In this document: positions 1 to 14,728 of the stretch, one piece after another
Layout: every line of letters begins with the position of its first letter
How positions within the stretch are numbered: the stretch's first letter is position 1
Assembly: GCA_951406725.2 (NCBI GenBank)
Contig: OX597816.1
Coordinates: 41,106,001-41,170,000, forward strand
Direction: 5' to 3'
Length of the DNA: 64,000 nucleotides
DNA from: Octopus vulgaris
Lineage: Eukaryota
Notes under the pieces: model-generated
What the model was told of the DNA's origin: nothing
The model's database searches: none
Seen by the model: the letters and a program-made list of their open reading frames with translations, nothing else
Program-made: the position numbers and the translations under genes

Positions 1-3000
1 GATGAACAATGCTGTTATGGCAAGGATAAAGTAACTATAACGGCAGAGCTGACAATATTGTAAGAGACAACAACCGTCTCTACATCTGCTACATATGGTT
101 CAATATTAAAAATTTAATGTAGCACAAATATGTCTTACAAAACAAAAAGGAAAACTACAGCAATGCTCCAAATTGCTAGTTCTATGATTAATCTGAAATC
201 GCGTTCCCCAGAAGAGAGTGGAAAAATCATCGATTGGCACAGAATCTTCTCTGAATTTGAACGTGGATGGTCAATTGAACAGGAACTGTCCCAACTCGAA
301 CCTCCAAGTTTACCCCCATACCCACCACAGAGAGAAAATATAAGATCCATCAAATGGACCCGAGAAAAGTGTACTGAAGTAATATACGCCTATTACTATG
401 TATTAGGTAGGCCATCTGAAGTGAAACACGCCGCACACTTTTATTTTATCAAATATGGAGAACATGAAATCAAGGCAACAGACTTTTTGGACGAAAAGAA
501 GTTAGCAAATATTAGGAGGGATATCTTCAGAAATAAAAGACTGACAAATAGTGAAATAACCACGATCAAGCACGCAGCGGAAAATGACCTAAATATAAGA
601 CAGAAAGGAAATGGAGGATAAGACGAGGAGAACTACTCTCTACGAATCTCAGTTGAACGACTGCCGCCTGATCAGAACACGCAAGCGTCTCAAGAAATAA
701 ATTATTATGAACTTGATAAAGATAACGAGCCATGTGTTGAAGAAACAATATTTGAAGACCACATATTCACTGAAGAACATACAAATTCTATGATAGCTAC
801 CAAGCAGAAAATCCTGAATAAGTTTGCAGTTGTAAAACACGGGAATATGCATAATAGAGAACCACTTCATAAACTCTAAAATGGAAAATAATTTAAAATT
901 GGAAATTATGTAACAAAAGATATCATACAAGAACTAAAACCAGATCTCACTGAGATAAACGAAATTATTTGCACAACTAGCGAGACAATTGAAACCAGCT
1001 GCATGCCTCTGGAAAAAGCAATACAAACCTGAGACGGATTTCAAATTGGAAAAATAAATTTTAAAGCAAAATTGAAATAATGAGAGGTGAAATATGAATA
1101 TTGAATGAACTATTCTGTGGAACCGATGTTAAAATCAAGAAAAGGAAGACAGATGACGAGAAAACATAAATTCTCACCATGGAAGAAGTTAAAATCTTTT
1201 GGAAAACTATTTGGAGTGCTGAAAAGACATACAAGGAAAATGCATACTGGATTAGACGCACACAAGCGTTCTACCAAATATTACTAGAACAAGCATGGAA
1301 AGACGATGATAATAGACCTAAAAATGATACTCACGAAACCACACATGGGAAAATCCCCTGGTAATGCTAGAGTGCCAAATTTCTGGCTCACATTGTTCCC
1401 GTGCGCACACGAAGGGATAGTTCAGTTATTCAAGGAATGAGATTCTACGAAAGCACCTGATTGGTTAGCAAGAATAATGGAACCAAATTGACCCAAAACT
1501 ATCTGTCCATGATCTGTTTATCTTCCACGCCTAACGTTTTGGCATCCATCTTCGTGGAGAAAACATAAGCGTTTATGGAACAGAACGATAGTTTCCCCAT
1601 TAATCAAAAAGGATGCCAATGAGGCTCATATGGTTGCAAAGATCGACTCTTAATCAATCGCATGATCCTTGATAACTGTCATAACAAACGCAGAAATCTC
1701 AGTTCCGCATGGATTGAAAAAGGCCTTTGACAGCATACCGCATTCTTGGATATTGAAATCGCTGGATATCTTCAAAATTTCTTCTGTGATCTCAAACTTC
1801 CTGAAACACAACATGTCAATGTGGAAAACGAATCTACAATAATACCACTCTAATGGTGTACTGACTAACTGCAGCATTTTGCAGGGTGACTCACTTTTAC
1901 CGCTATTTCTTTGCATACCCCTTTCAAGTGAACTTATCAGAACAGGGTATGGGTAAAGAATTGATGACAAGAAAATAAGTCATCTATTCTACATGGATGG
2001 CTTAAAAGTCTATGGCGAAGACTATAATGAGCTTGGGGGACTATTACGTAGTATGAAATCATTTAGTGATGACATCGCGATGGAATTTGGTCTTGAAAAA
2101 TGTGCCAAGGACACTTTCCAGAAAGGGGCAATTGAATACCTCACATTCAGTGGTGTTAGATGTTGACAAATTTATAAAAGACTTCGAACCGAACGAACTT
2201 ACAAAAACCTCGGAATAAATGAGGGCTCTTACATTCAACATGCAAGCATGAAAGAGTAGATCAGGAAGGAATGTTACAGGAGAGTTCGAGCAGTACTTAA
2301 ATCCGTGGAATGCACGTAACAAGGTATTAGCAACTAATTTCTAAGCAGTTCTGTTTGTTATTTACAGTTTCAATGTGTTGAACTGGAATATGAGCGAACT
2401 CAGGAAGATTGACAGGAAAAGCCGTAAGCTGCTGATTTACAATAAGATGCACCACCCAAAAGCATACGCAGATTGTATTTACCTCCCTAGAGCTCAAGGA
2501 GGTCGGAGCTTGATCTAGTTTGAAATCTCTTACAAAACCACCACAATTGGACTGGCAAAATATCTTGAAACTTCTAATGACTGGATGCACAAGCACGTTG
2601 AAAATCACAAGAGACGTAAGAAGCTTCATTCTATTATGAAGAGGAGCAAAAATTTGCTAGTTAGTTCATAATACCCAGGTTGAAAGGCATGATGAAAGTG
2701 CAGCAACTGTAGTTTCAGAGATGGTGAAATCAACAACAAAGCAAAATGCGTTTGAGCATTTGGCTGATAGATGTAAACAAAAACCTCTACATGGAAAATA
2801 CGTGGCCCGTAGCAAACAAAGTGATGTAGGCCAGAATTATACGCATCAGTGGCTACAGAGCTGCTTAGAGATAAAGTCATTGAAGGAAGGCATTATCTTG
2901 GCTGCTGGAAATCAGAGCTTATTGACCCGGAATGATCAAGTCAATGTGATGAAAATTGGTGTAGACACAGAGTATCGATACTGCAACGAGGGGATTGAAA

Positions 3001-3522
3001 TAATGGACCACAAAATCTCTGGATGTAAGGTTTTAGCACCTGTAAATCCAGACCTGACAGATTTGGCCAGTATGAACATTGGATATGTCGACATAAAATC
3101 AAAACTGCTGACAAATGGTAAAGCACAATCCTGACTGAGGGAATAAATGTAACGATTCTTTGAGACTTCCCAGTATGGACGAACCGAACCATCGAAGCTA
3201 ATAAATCAGATATTGCTGTGAAAGAGAAAAAAAAAACAATAGAGTTTGATTCTTGACTAACCTGAGCATACCCTGCGATCAAAGTATATCCGCAAAAGAA
3301 TTTTATAAGCCCCCAAATTATAAAGGTTTGATAATTGAAATCTAATTGATGTGGCATCTCAAGATGGTTACAATACCAATGATTATAGGAACATTTGGAA
3401 TGATCAAAAGAGGACCTGAAAATTATTTAAGAATGATCCATAGCTTAGCATCCATGCAAGAAGTGCAAGCGATTGTCTTGGCTAATACGTTACACGTACC
3501 TAGAAGAGCATTGTTGCAGTAG
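1..3522 (+). mobile_element. Decayed non-LTR retrotransposon, R4/Dong-like (RT plus C-terminal restriction-like endonuclease)
   Basis: Broken frames give KWTREKCTEVIYAYY (~352), LQGDSLLP (~1879), HLFYMDGLKVY (1981, YMDD motif), EFGLEKC, YLPRAQGGRSL (~2480), KPLHGKY, a decayed CCHC knuckle YRYC..DHKISGC, TIEANKSDI (RLE-like) and IPMIIGTFG. Many stops and frameshifts. Confidence 0.85.
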
Positions 3523-4282
3523 GTTTTCATTCCTCTTTCCCCTTTATTTTACGTTCACTTTCATAATTTTTTTCATTTTTTTCTTTGTCTTTCTTCTCCA
3601 TTTTCTTTATCACATGATTTTTAAATGGATAATCTGATGATAATAATTACAACTCTAATAAATACATCTATAGCAGTAATAGTAGCGATCGTAGCGAGAA
3701 GGTCGGGTGGATGAGTGGCACTCTCTGTGGCTTTGGCGATGACAGTCAGGCAACCGGCAATAACCATCGTGATATTATCTGTCAGCAGACCACTGCAATC
3801 TCTAAATGCTATAAATTGTTACATAGCTTCACAAGCTATCATAGTGGCAACAATAATGTTGACAGTAACCATGACGACAATACCCAGAAAATGGCGAGCA
3901 ATTTTCATATAAATTGCGTATGAGTTTATAATGGCACAAATAATGTAAATATGCAAACAACTGGCAACAATATTAGTAAACCAGGCAACCGTATTCATAA
4001 TTACCATAGCATTGACAGTTCTATTGGACATATTAACAACCCTATTGACTTATGCTTAATCCTGTATAATGCTAGTGAATCTAATAGCTATAATGATAAT
4101 CATTAGACTCACCATACGGCAAATGTGCAACACATTAATATTCCTAATACTAACACCTGTAATATCAATATCCATACTTCTTCTGTGTTAATACATTTCT
4201 ATATTTAAGAGATGAGGAATTATGTTCATTATTTACATTATTTATATTTCACAGATATATGTCCTCATCTTGTTTGATGTTA

Positions 4283-4326
4283 ATACAACGTTTCGGCTGA
4301 TATACCCTCCAGCCTCAATCAGGTGT
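4283..4326 (-). ncRNA. Minimal type I hammerhead ribozyme-like motif
   Basis: ACAC CTGATTGA GGCTG-gagggtatat-CAGCC GAAA CG TT GTAT: perfect 5-bp stem II, AACGTT palindrome in place of stem III, one extra base in the core, one stem I mismatch. Confidence 0.6.
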
Positions 4327-4371
4327 CTTCGGGAGATTTTGAACATGGGTTATCATTCCTAAGTTATTTTT

Positions 4372-4457
4372 GTGTTGTTGTTGCTGTTCTTCTTCTTCTT
4401 CTTCTTCTTCTTCTTCTTCTTCTTCTTCTTCTTCTTCTTCTTCTTCTTCTCCTTCTT

Positions 4458-4556
<99 letters not shown>

Positions 4557-4571
4557 ATCATTATTATTATT
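4372..4571. repeat. Compound (TTG)/(TTC)n/(TTA)n microsatellite
   Basis: Directly visible. Confidence 0.98.
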
Positions 4572-4694
4572 AAGGTCACTGCCTGGAATAGAACTCAGAA
4601 TCTAGGGGTTAGTAGCCCGCGTTGTTAACCACTACGCCATATGCCCGTGGGCAATATATACGGAATAAGTTGAGAATTTTGCTTTTCATATTCT

Positions 4695-5215
4695 AGCCAC
4701 ACAAGGGAGAGTTCCAAGTGCTGTTAGGTCCTGTAAACTCAATAAAGCCATCCATACAATTCACAATGGAAAAAGAAAAACACAATCAGCTTGCATTCCC
4801 GGACGTATTAATAACACGCACCAAGTATGGATTCAGGACGTCCGTATAGCTGAAGCCGACCTTCACTGGACGATACCTCAACTTCATCTCCAACCATCCA
4901 TACAGTGTAAAGAGAGGGATTGCTCAGTGCCTAAAATATCGAGCAATGAATATAAGTAGCGATCGTGATACCCACCACGAAAAAAAGAACAAGCTCAGTA
5001 ACAATATATTAAGCAACAGCTACACCAAAAGGATACTCTCCACTCCAATTAGGAAGAAAAGAGAAAATGATAAACTGTCCACAGTCTGTCTACCTCATAT
5101 GAAAGGCCACTTAGGAAAATACAAAAGATATGCGGCCTATTTGACATTAGGACAGTATTCCAAAGTAATACAACACTTAGCAAATATCTCCTTCGAGTAA
5201 AACCTCAAATAGAAG
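4695..5215 (+). mobile_element. Penelope-like RT C-terminal fragment (Poseidon-like)
   Basis: Translates to IQFTMEKEKHNQLAFPDVLI..KPTFTGRYLNFISNHPYSVKRGI..RAMNISS..VCLPHMKG, typical of the PLE RT thumb region. Confidence 0.8.
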
Positions 5216-5654
5216 AGGAGTGAGATATATGACAATCCTGTTTATGACATCTCAATCTCTTTAGAACTTTAGTATTTATTCATTTATATTTAAATTTATA
5301 CTCCTTAGTGGTCGGTGAACTTCGTGACATATCTCCTTTAAATGAGAATATATCTGCTAAGGATTTGGTGACTTTTCAATTTAAGAACAAGGCAACGTTA
5401 CGCTTTCATAGATTATTCAGTATCTTTGTTAAACCACAAACAAATTTAGATCAGTGAATTTAGACTGTATATTTATATAACCTCCATGTTCCTTATTTGC
5501 CTGTTTTTATCCACACCTACTACATATCCTATATATTCGAATGTAAAATTTGATGACTCCCTGGTGCAGCGAATGCTGTCTGCCTCCACATCAATGTTTA
5601 AAATTGTAGCTTCTTGAAATTATACCAGTTGCTCTTGGATTATATATCATGATG

Positions 5655-5717
<63 letters not shown>

Positions 5718-5734
5718 AAATATATAAGTGTGTG

Positions 5735-5967
5735 TAAGGCGGCGAGCTGGCAGAACCGTTAGCACGCCGGGCGAAATGCCTAGCCGTATTTCGTCTGCCG
5801 TTACGTTCTGAGTTCAAATTCTGCCGAGGTCGACTTTGCCTTTCATCCTTTCGGGGTCGATAAATTAAGTACCAGTTACGCACTGGGGTCGATGTAATCG
5901 ACTTAATTCGTTTGTCTGTCCTTGTTTGTCCCCCCTATGTTTAGCCCCTTGTGGGTAATAAAGAAAC
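5735..5967 (+). mobile_element. tRNA-derived SINE family A (Nin-domain-like core) with 15-bp TSD
   Basis: GGCGGCGAGCTGGCAGAA head, GAGTTCAAATTC B box, GCCTTTCATCCTTTCGGGGTCGATAAATTAAGTACCAG core; TSD ATATATAAGTGTGTG at 5720-5734 and 5968-5982. Confidence 0.9.
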
Positions 5968-6876
5968 ATATATAAGTGTGTGGGGGACGTGAGTGAGCTC
6001 TATAGGGTGTATGTGTTTGTGTGGGTGTCTGCAATAGAATATAATATATTCCGAACGACCTCGGTAACATAATTTACCTAAGTACAGGGAATGACGTTGT
6101 GGAAATTGTTATACATAATTCATCTTTGATTTAAGTAGATAAATGATATCTAACCCTGGAATATAAAGCTGAGTTCAGATTATCAATATATACCTACAAA
6201 TTATTTTTTTGCAGGACACAGATACAAAGGCACACAGACATACACACACACCTACACACACACACAGACAGACACATGTATATAGATAGATAGAGAGGTA
6301 TGTAGGTAGGTAGATAGATAGATAGCTACACAAAGTGAAAGAGAGAGAAGGGGAAGGAGGAACAGTGAAAGAAAGAGAGAGAGAGAGAGAGAGGTCAAAG
6401 AGGAACAGTGAGGGAGAATGAAAGTGATAATGAAAACTAAACAAAACCAAGTTGATTAATTCTGGAAAAATAAATTTAGCAATCTAGTTTTAAATAAGGA
6501 AGCTGAAAGAGAGAGAGAAAGTAAAACACGGAGAAGGAGAAAGCGTGAGAGAAAAGTAAACAGGAAATGGAAAGAGAGCGGTTGATAGGGAATTACGAAT
6601 ATAAAGATTAGTTTAAGCAATATTATGAAATAATTTGTAATTGGTGTAACCTTTATAAGATTTATGTCATATCTTCTATCACAAATGGACGTACAACTCA
6701 CACGACGCAAACGAGAAACAGGTGGGATTTTCAATTTGCATATAATAATTACTCAAACAGCCATTCATATTAATCACATTCATGAAGGGATAGCATTTCC
6801 CTAAAATCCATACATATCATAATATTACGTTCTCTAAGTTTAGAGTGTAGATGGTATGTAGCTGCCATTCTTCCTC

Positions 6877-7496
6877 GTACAGATCGCTTCAGTTTTCTAC
6901 TGAGAAGATTGCACAACACTAAAGAATTAATAAAATGAGTATGGGAGACTATTTCTTTGACTATTCTGTCTAGACTTATTAAGTTTAATTTTGATGTGAC
7001 TTTGTATTCATAATACGAGGTGATTAATTCCAACTAGAAATACGGAAACTACAGTTTCCTGCAATATCGATAACGATGAATTTGTACAGATCGCTTCAGT
7101 TTTCTACTGAGAATATTACAGAACACTAAAAAATTAATAAAATGACTATGGGAGACTATTTCTTTGACTATTCTGTCTAGACTTATTAGGTTTAATTTTG
7201 ATGTGATTTTGTATTCATAATACGAGGTGGTTAATTCCAACTAGAAATACGGAAACTACAGTTTTCTGCAATATCGATAACGATGAATTTGTACAGATCG
7301 CTTCAGTTTTCTACTGAGAAGATTGCACAACACTAAAGAATTAATAAAATAAGTATGGGAGACTAATTCTTTGGCTATTCTGTCTAGACTTATTAAGTTT
7401 AATTTTGATGTGATTTTGTATTCATAATACGAGGTGGTTAATCCAACTAGAAATACGGAAACTACAGTTTTCTGCAATATAGATAACAATGAATTT
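6877..7496. repeat. Three tandem copies of a 207-bp unit
   Basis: GTACAGATCGCTTCAG recurs at 6877, 7084 and 7291; the three units give near-identical ORF-track peptides. Confidence 0.95.
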
Positions 7497-8147
7497 CGAT
7501 ATTATAACTCCTTTTTTTCTTATTTTGCACCGGCTTTGTGTAACCTTCGCTACAATTTTGTTTCATTTTCTCTCCTTGGATTCTATTTCGTAAGCAAACA
7601 ATGCATTACTGTTTTATGTAGGTCTTGCATAAAGGATGTAAATACCGTTGTGTTTCACTTTGGCTTTGCAGAGACAATGGAAATTCAATGGTAGAATACA
7701 ACTCCTCCGCACAGTTGATCAAGTTAAGCATGTGGGCTATAATTTGTTGTTATTGAAAAGTAAGCTATTATTGAGAACAGAGTTTTTGTTGCGTCATTTG
7801 CCTGATAAAAAGCTGTTTCTGTAGAAAGCAACAACAATCAAGCATATTTCAGCCTATGTTTCCTTAATGTGTGATATATATACTAACAGTCTTCTCAGTA
7901 AATTCATCGTTTACAGCCTCAAGTTTGCAAGTGAGCAAAAGAAGAATGCGAAACACAATTAAAGAAAGATTCTATTTCCCGTTCTTTGAATTTAATTTCT
8001 GAAAATATAAACTGGAAAGGGAAAATTAAGTATACATTTCGAAACAGTGAACCAGTCTCTGTCTGTCTGTCTCTCTGAATCTCTCTGTGTATACATGCAC
8101 ACATACATACATACATACATACATACATACATACATTCATACATACA

Positions 8148-8262
8148 TGATGGCCGTCCACTCGTCACCGAAGAAGACCATTGCCGACCTTCAGGAACAT
8201 TGTGCGCTCTAGGACCAACTTATATTTTGCATCTGCGGCTCCATTGGTGGCTAATGAACCCT
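8148..8262 (-). mobile_element. 3'-terminal fragment of an RTE-like LINE
   Basis: Clearly similar to 57208-57315, the tail of the RTE copy. Confidence 0.65.
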
Positions 8263-9089
8263 ACACCCCACATTATAGTTATATTGTATATGCAAATAAC
8301 CTTAACGTTTTAGAGAGATTGCCATTTCAAGGCAGTGGTCAGACTTTCACATAAATGCTCTTATATGATCATCTTCGACGTGGGCCATTTTTGAAAAGCG
8401 AGGGAAGAATACTTAAAAGGGTTTTAGGGAATTGAAACTGGGTATGAACACGCGCTGCGAACTCGGAGTAAACAAAATTAAGCTTTTGTTATAGACAGCG
8501 AGCTGCACAATATCAGGCTGCCACTTAACTAAGTGAAAACAAAATATCTAGTGCTTGCTAGCAGTTGCTGAATAAACTGAAGAGGAAACTATAAAATACA
8601 CATTATTTTTAGTTAGCAGCCATAAAAGCTATACCAAGTATTCTCATTCTGTGCTTTTTTTTTTTGTATAAACAAACATTCCTAAAGAATTTCTTTGGAT
8701 CTCAAATCCTGTAGCGTATACTTTTTATTGACATCAAATTAATTTTATATACGTTTTTGTACAATAAAACAAATGTAATTTGTATGGGCGAAATTTTATC
8801 TTGACAATGTTTCAAATAAATATATTTCAGTTTCCCAGGATACGTTTAAAAAAAAATAGCTACATATGTATTCCGTTTTTGTTTTCTTTAGTATTATCAT
8901 TTTTTCAACATCAACAAAGAACATACATTAAAATTTCTGTTCGTCTAGCGTTTACTATTATACATTTCATCCGGATTTCAACATCAATAAACAACAAATG
9001 TTTTTTATGAAAATACTTTAGATAATTTGATTGAATTGTGATAGGAATAATGAGGTGCAAATAATATATACACACATACACATACATAC

Positions 9090-9152
<63 letters not shown>

Positions 9153-10197
9153 TATTATATATATATATGTATGAGTGTATGTATAAGTATGTATATGTAT
9201 GCATATATTCATGTATGTATAAACTACAAGTATAAAACTGTAGAACAATAAATGTTATGAAAACTGTAAAACCCAGGAACTGACACACGTCACCTATATA
9301 ACCTTATACGGGAAAGAAAGGAATGAGGTGCACAGCTTGGGATGGTATTTAAAGCAAGTACAATTGGGTATGAAAGCTTGCTGAATAATAAGACACTCTA
9401 AGACTAAAAGTTGCTAAATATAATGAAAACAAAATGCTGCAATGTACGAAGAGACACGGATATGGCGTCATGTAAGTACTTGATAGACGTTCATCAAAAT
9501 TCACACATTCGTCTCTATGCAGCCTACACTTTCCTAAAGATAAATTCAAAATAGTCTAGTATTAAAAAATCATCATAAGTATTAAGTCAACTAACGGTTA
9601 AATAAACCCAATCCCTTTAGACAATCGAGCCAAGCTTTTCTCTAATTGTTGCGGATCAAACATAGTCTTCTCAATTGGAAATCCGAAGTCTACATAATGG
9701 CAATACATCCCTTAAAATGCTTCATGCATGGCTGATTTGATGAGACTATCTGCTGCATATTTGCTGAAGCTCAACATATGTTTATATCTTATAATATAGA
9801 AGACTTGACATGGACTGTCTCCGTCAGGTGTTCATTTTGAAATGGAACCCCTCTCTCATAAACACAGTTTAAGTATATCCCATAATCTTTTCGACACAGA
9901 TATTCATCAGTTTCTTTAGATTTCGGCATTTCACTTTCTTTTTAATCTTAACCGTCGCTAATAAGGCATAATTAATACAAGAATAATATAAGAAAGATGC
10001 ATAACCAGCATCATGCATTTTGTTGGAGGCGTGGATCTATCTTAATGTTTGCAACACTATATGATGAATACATGATAATATAAAGGAACTCAAAGATTTT
10101 CTTTTAAAATTCCTCCTGATGAGAGTTAAGGCAACGTAATTCCATTTCAGGTGAATATAATTTCAGAAAGAAGGGTTAGAAATGATGTGAAATTAAG

Positions 10198-10283
<86 letters not shown>

Positions 10284-10810
10284 AAAGACTGGTTTGATAA
10301 ATGTTTCAGCTTGGTTTAACGCTAAGGATAATAAGAAAAGGATAATAGGAAAACATATTACAAATATAAAAACATATGGGTTTAGTATCTCAGGATAGTA
10401 TAGAAATGTCATTACATGGAAGTAAGAACATTTTTATGCAAATATGAATTAGAAAATAGATATAATGAAGGATTGCACATAGGTCAAATATCTGTGTGAT
10501 CCATTTTCGACAAAATCAGATGAAGAAATTCAACCTTGCAATAATTTCTTTTTCCATGCATTGATATCCTTTCCATACTTGTACAGTGTCTTCAAGTAAG
10601 TCATTACGGGAGGTATTCATACTCCTATGCTCTCGAAATGCAAGAGTATCACAAGAGCCTTAGAGTGTCTTTACTAAAATAGAAAAAGGATGTTGAAAAG
10701 GGCCGGATCGTCGTAGCAGGAAAGGATTTCTGAAGTAGTGAAATGACTCTGCTAATACATACCTTAAAAGAAGGGATTCAAGCTGACTTAGCCTGTTTGA
10801 TCTTCCTCTG

Positions 10811-10918
<108 letters not shown>

Positions 10919-12056
10919 GACTTTCAGGCTATATATATAGGTGTGAGAGAGTTGGTATGTGAAAGCACGTGGTTGAATGTATGAAAGACAAAACAGAGCG
11001 AAAAGAACTACAGAAGGCTTATGTTATATGATTAAAGAATATATTTAAATCGTTAAGTTAGAAAAATGTTATAAAATTTTGCATATAGTAACATAGTTTT
11101 TGGAGAAATAACCCGGTTTCGCATTTTCTTTTCGAATTTCTCAAATTTCTTCACCTATATCGCTTCCAATGAGGTGAGTTTCCTTATTTAATCTAACCTG
11201 TGTTGGTATTCCAATGGTATATTGATAGAATGGAAACATTACAAATTTTAGTAGCAGTCGCTTTGCGCATTTCTCAATATGTTCATTAAATGGTATCATT
11301 CTGTCTTCTGGGAATGGATTCTGTTGTCGATACAGAGTGCATCAACGTCAGAGCGATAATCCCGTGGACCCTATGTTGTTTTGGTGGCAGCCCGTGCATC
11401 TTATGTATATATATATATATATATATATATGAGACCAAAAGTGTACGTACGCCACCATATGTATATAAAAAGGAATATTAAAAATGGGACAAGAACGCAA
11501 GGCATCCAGACAAATGATACAAAAGAGGGACAAGAAAAAACGTTGACGGGTCAACCGAAGCTTTCCCTCTTCAGTCGAGTTCCAGATCATCCTAGCCACC
11601 TCGGCTGGTTATACTCGAGATTGCTCCAATTAGAGAATTAGAGAAGGATGGAGGAAGAAAACAGATGGAGGAAGAAAACAGTATAGAGTAGAGACGGGCA
11701 TCAAAAACGTGAAGATGAACTTATTTCATGTTTGTTTCCGTTCGGTTTGTCCAGTATGTCTCCAATGTCATTTTCTGTCCCCAACTTGGACCCTCCATAA
11801 ATCCCAAATGTTATTTTACAATTTATGGGAGCAACTATCTTTAAAGACTCATATTGTCGTTGAATGCTCGAAATAAAGAATAGATAGACAGTCGACAACT
11901 GGTGAAGATGTCCATTTTTCTCGTTGTTTACGTATTTCACACGTTTCTCCCTCGTTTGTTTATGCATCTCATGTTATTTTCATCTCTGGTTGGTGACGCC
12001 ATGTATCCATATATGCATGTATATATATATAATATTATTTATTATATATGTATATG

Positions 12057-12134
<78 letters not shown>

Positions 12135-12138
<4 letters not shown>

Positions 12139-12860
12139 ATAATAAAAGGATAAAATTAATTAATTATTAATTCATTTTACCAAGTAGTGTTCAGTATGTA
12201 AAAAGACCATTTACGGTATATTTAAAACATTACGTTATATAATTAGGGTTCAGTAAAATAATTTACTCTACCACACACCGAACGTTTAGAAATAGCAGCC
12301 AAAAAATCTTAGCTATTTCTTCTACTATAAGAAGAAAAATCTCCCAGACAATGCATACTCAAAAATAATTCACACTGGTATAAAGGGAAAAATAACGAAA
12401 GATCACACGTACATAAGATTACTTGGGAACGGTCGTTTCTGGATTAGTTGAATATAAAGATCAACATTTCCTTCGTCAGCTCAAAGATTTCTTTTGATTT
12501 GGATTTGAGAGCACTAAAAATCAAACATACCCGTCTGATATGAGCAATCCCAGACAAACCATCTTCGACCGCTAGTACTAAAGAATTCAAAAAGTACAAA
12601 TGAGGCTTTGCATTCTTCCCTTTTCCACCCACGTGAGTTATAGAGCAACACATTTCTACAGAGAGAACTGTAGTTTAATATCAGGGAGAGAGAATTATAT
12701 TATCAATAATAAAAGGGTAAAATTAATTAATTATTAATTCATTTTACCAAGTAGTGTTCAGTATGTAGAAGAAATAGCTAAGATTTTTTTGGCTGCTTTT
12801 TCTAAAAGTTCGGTGTGTGGTAAAGTAAATTATTTTACTGAACCCTAATTATATAACGTA
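12135..12860 (-). mobile_element. Non-autonomous PLE-type pseudo-LTR element with partial tandem and inverted copies
   Basis: 12135-12199 is repeated directly at ~12703-12767; ~12766-12860 is an inverted copy of ~12231-12325; HHR-like motif inside; (TA)n on both sides. Confidence 0.75.
12422..12486 (-). ncRNA. Type I hammerhead ribozyme-like motif
   Basis: TTTGAG CTGACGA AGGA-aat-GTTGA..TCAAC-taa-TCCA GAAA CGACCG TT CCCAAG; core boxes intact, stem I has one mismatch. Confidence 0.7.
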
Positions 12861-12882
12861 TATATATATATACATACATATA

Positions 12883-12927
<45 letters not shown>

Positions 12928-12936
12928 AATATACAT

Positions 12937-13008
<72 letters not shown>

Positions 13009-13009
13009 A

Positions 13010-13215
13010 CACACCACTGGCTCTCCGTCGGTTACGACGACGATGAGGATTCAAGTTGATTCGTTCAACGGAACAGCCTCCCCGTGAAATTAACGTGCAA
13101 GTGGCTCAGCACTCCACAGGCACGCGTACCCTTAAAGTAGTTGTTCAGCATGACACGGAGTTTGCTGGCCTTTTTCATTACAAATATTGTTTTTGTATTA
13201 CAGGTACATTTTTGC
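13010..13215. repeat. Unclassified interspersed repeat fragment
   Basis: GC-richer block CTCCGTCGGTTACGACGACGA..GAAATTAACGTGCAAGTGGCT that I recognise as a common octopod repeat; single copy here. Confidence 0.4.
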
Positions 13216-13304
13216 CAGCTGCGTGGAATGTAGCAACGTGAAATAATACACACACACGCACACACACACACATACACACCCCATACGCATCCCGCACATA
13301 TATA

Positions 13305-14728
<1,424 letters not shown>

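Larger units (their letters stand above)
4200..4654 (-). mobile_element. tRNA-headed SINE-like element with internal (AAT)n/(AAG)n tract and HHR-bearing tail
   Basis: Minus strand has A box TGGCGTAGTGG, anticodon-like arm CGGG-CTACTAA-CCCC and B-box-like GAGTTCTATTCC (4574-4646), then microsatellite, then an HHR-like motif at 4283-4326. Confidence 0.7.

Noticed and set aside
3634-3640. Isolated CTGANGA boxes (also ~8578, ~10116, ~63418)
   Set aside because: No correctly placed stem II, GAAA and NUH.
3665-4030. Overlapping short ORFs after the LINE
   Set aside because: Looks like a decayed trinucleotide tract; no recognisable domain or splice signals.
4574-4646. tRNA gene
   Set aside because: Acceptor stem does not pair properly and the B box is mutated; treated as a SINE head.
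6877-7496. CRISPR-like array
   Set aside because: Whole units repeat with no unique spacers; eukaryotic context.
9875-9915. CTGATGA..GAAA on the minus strand
   Set aside because: Stem I does not pair and stem II is weak; chance match.
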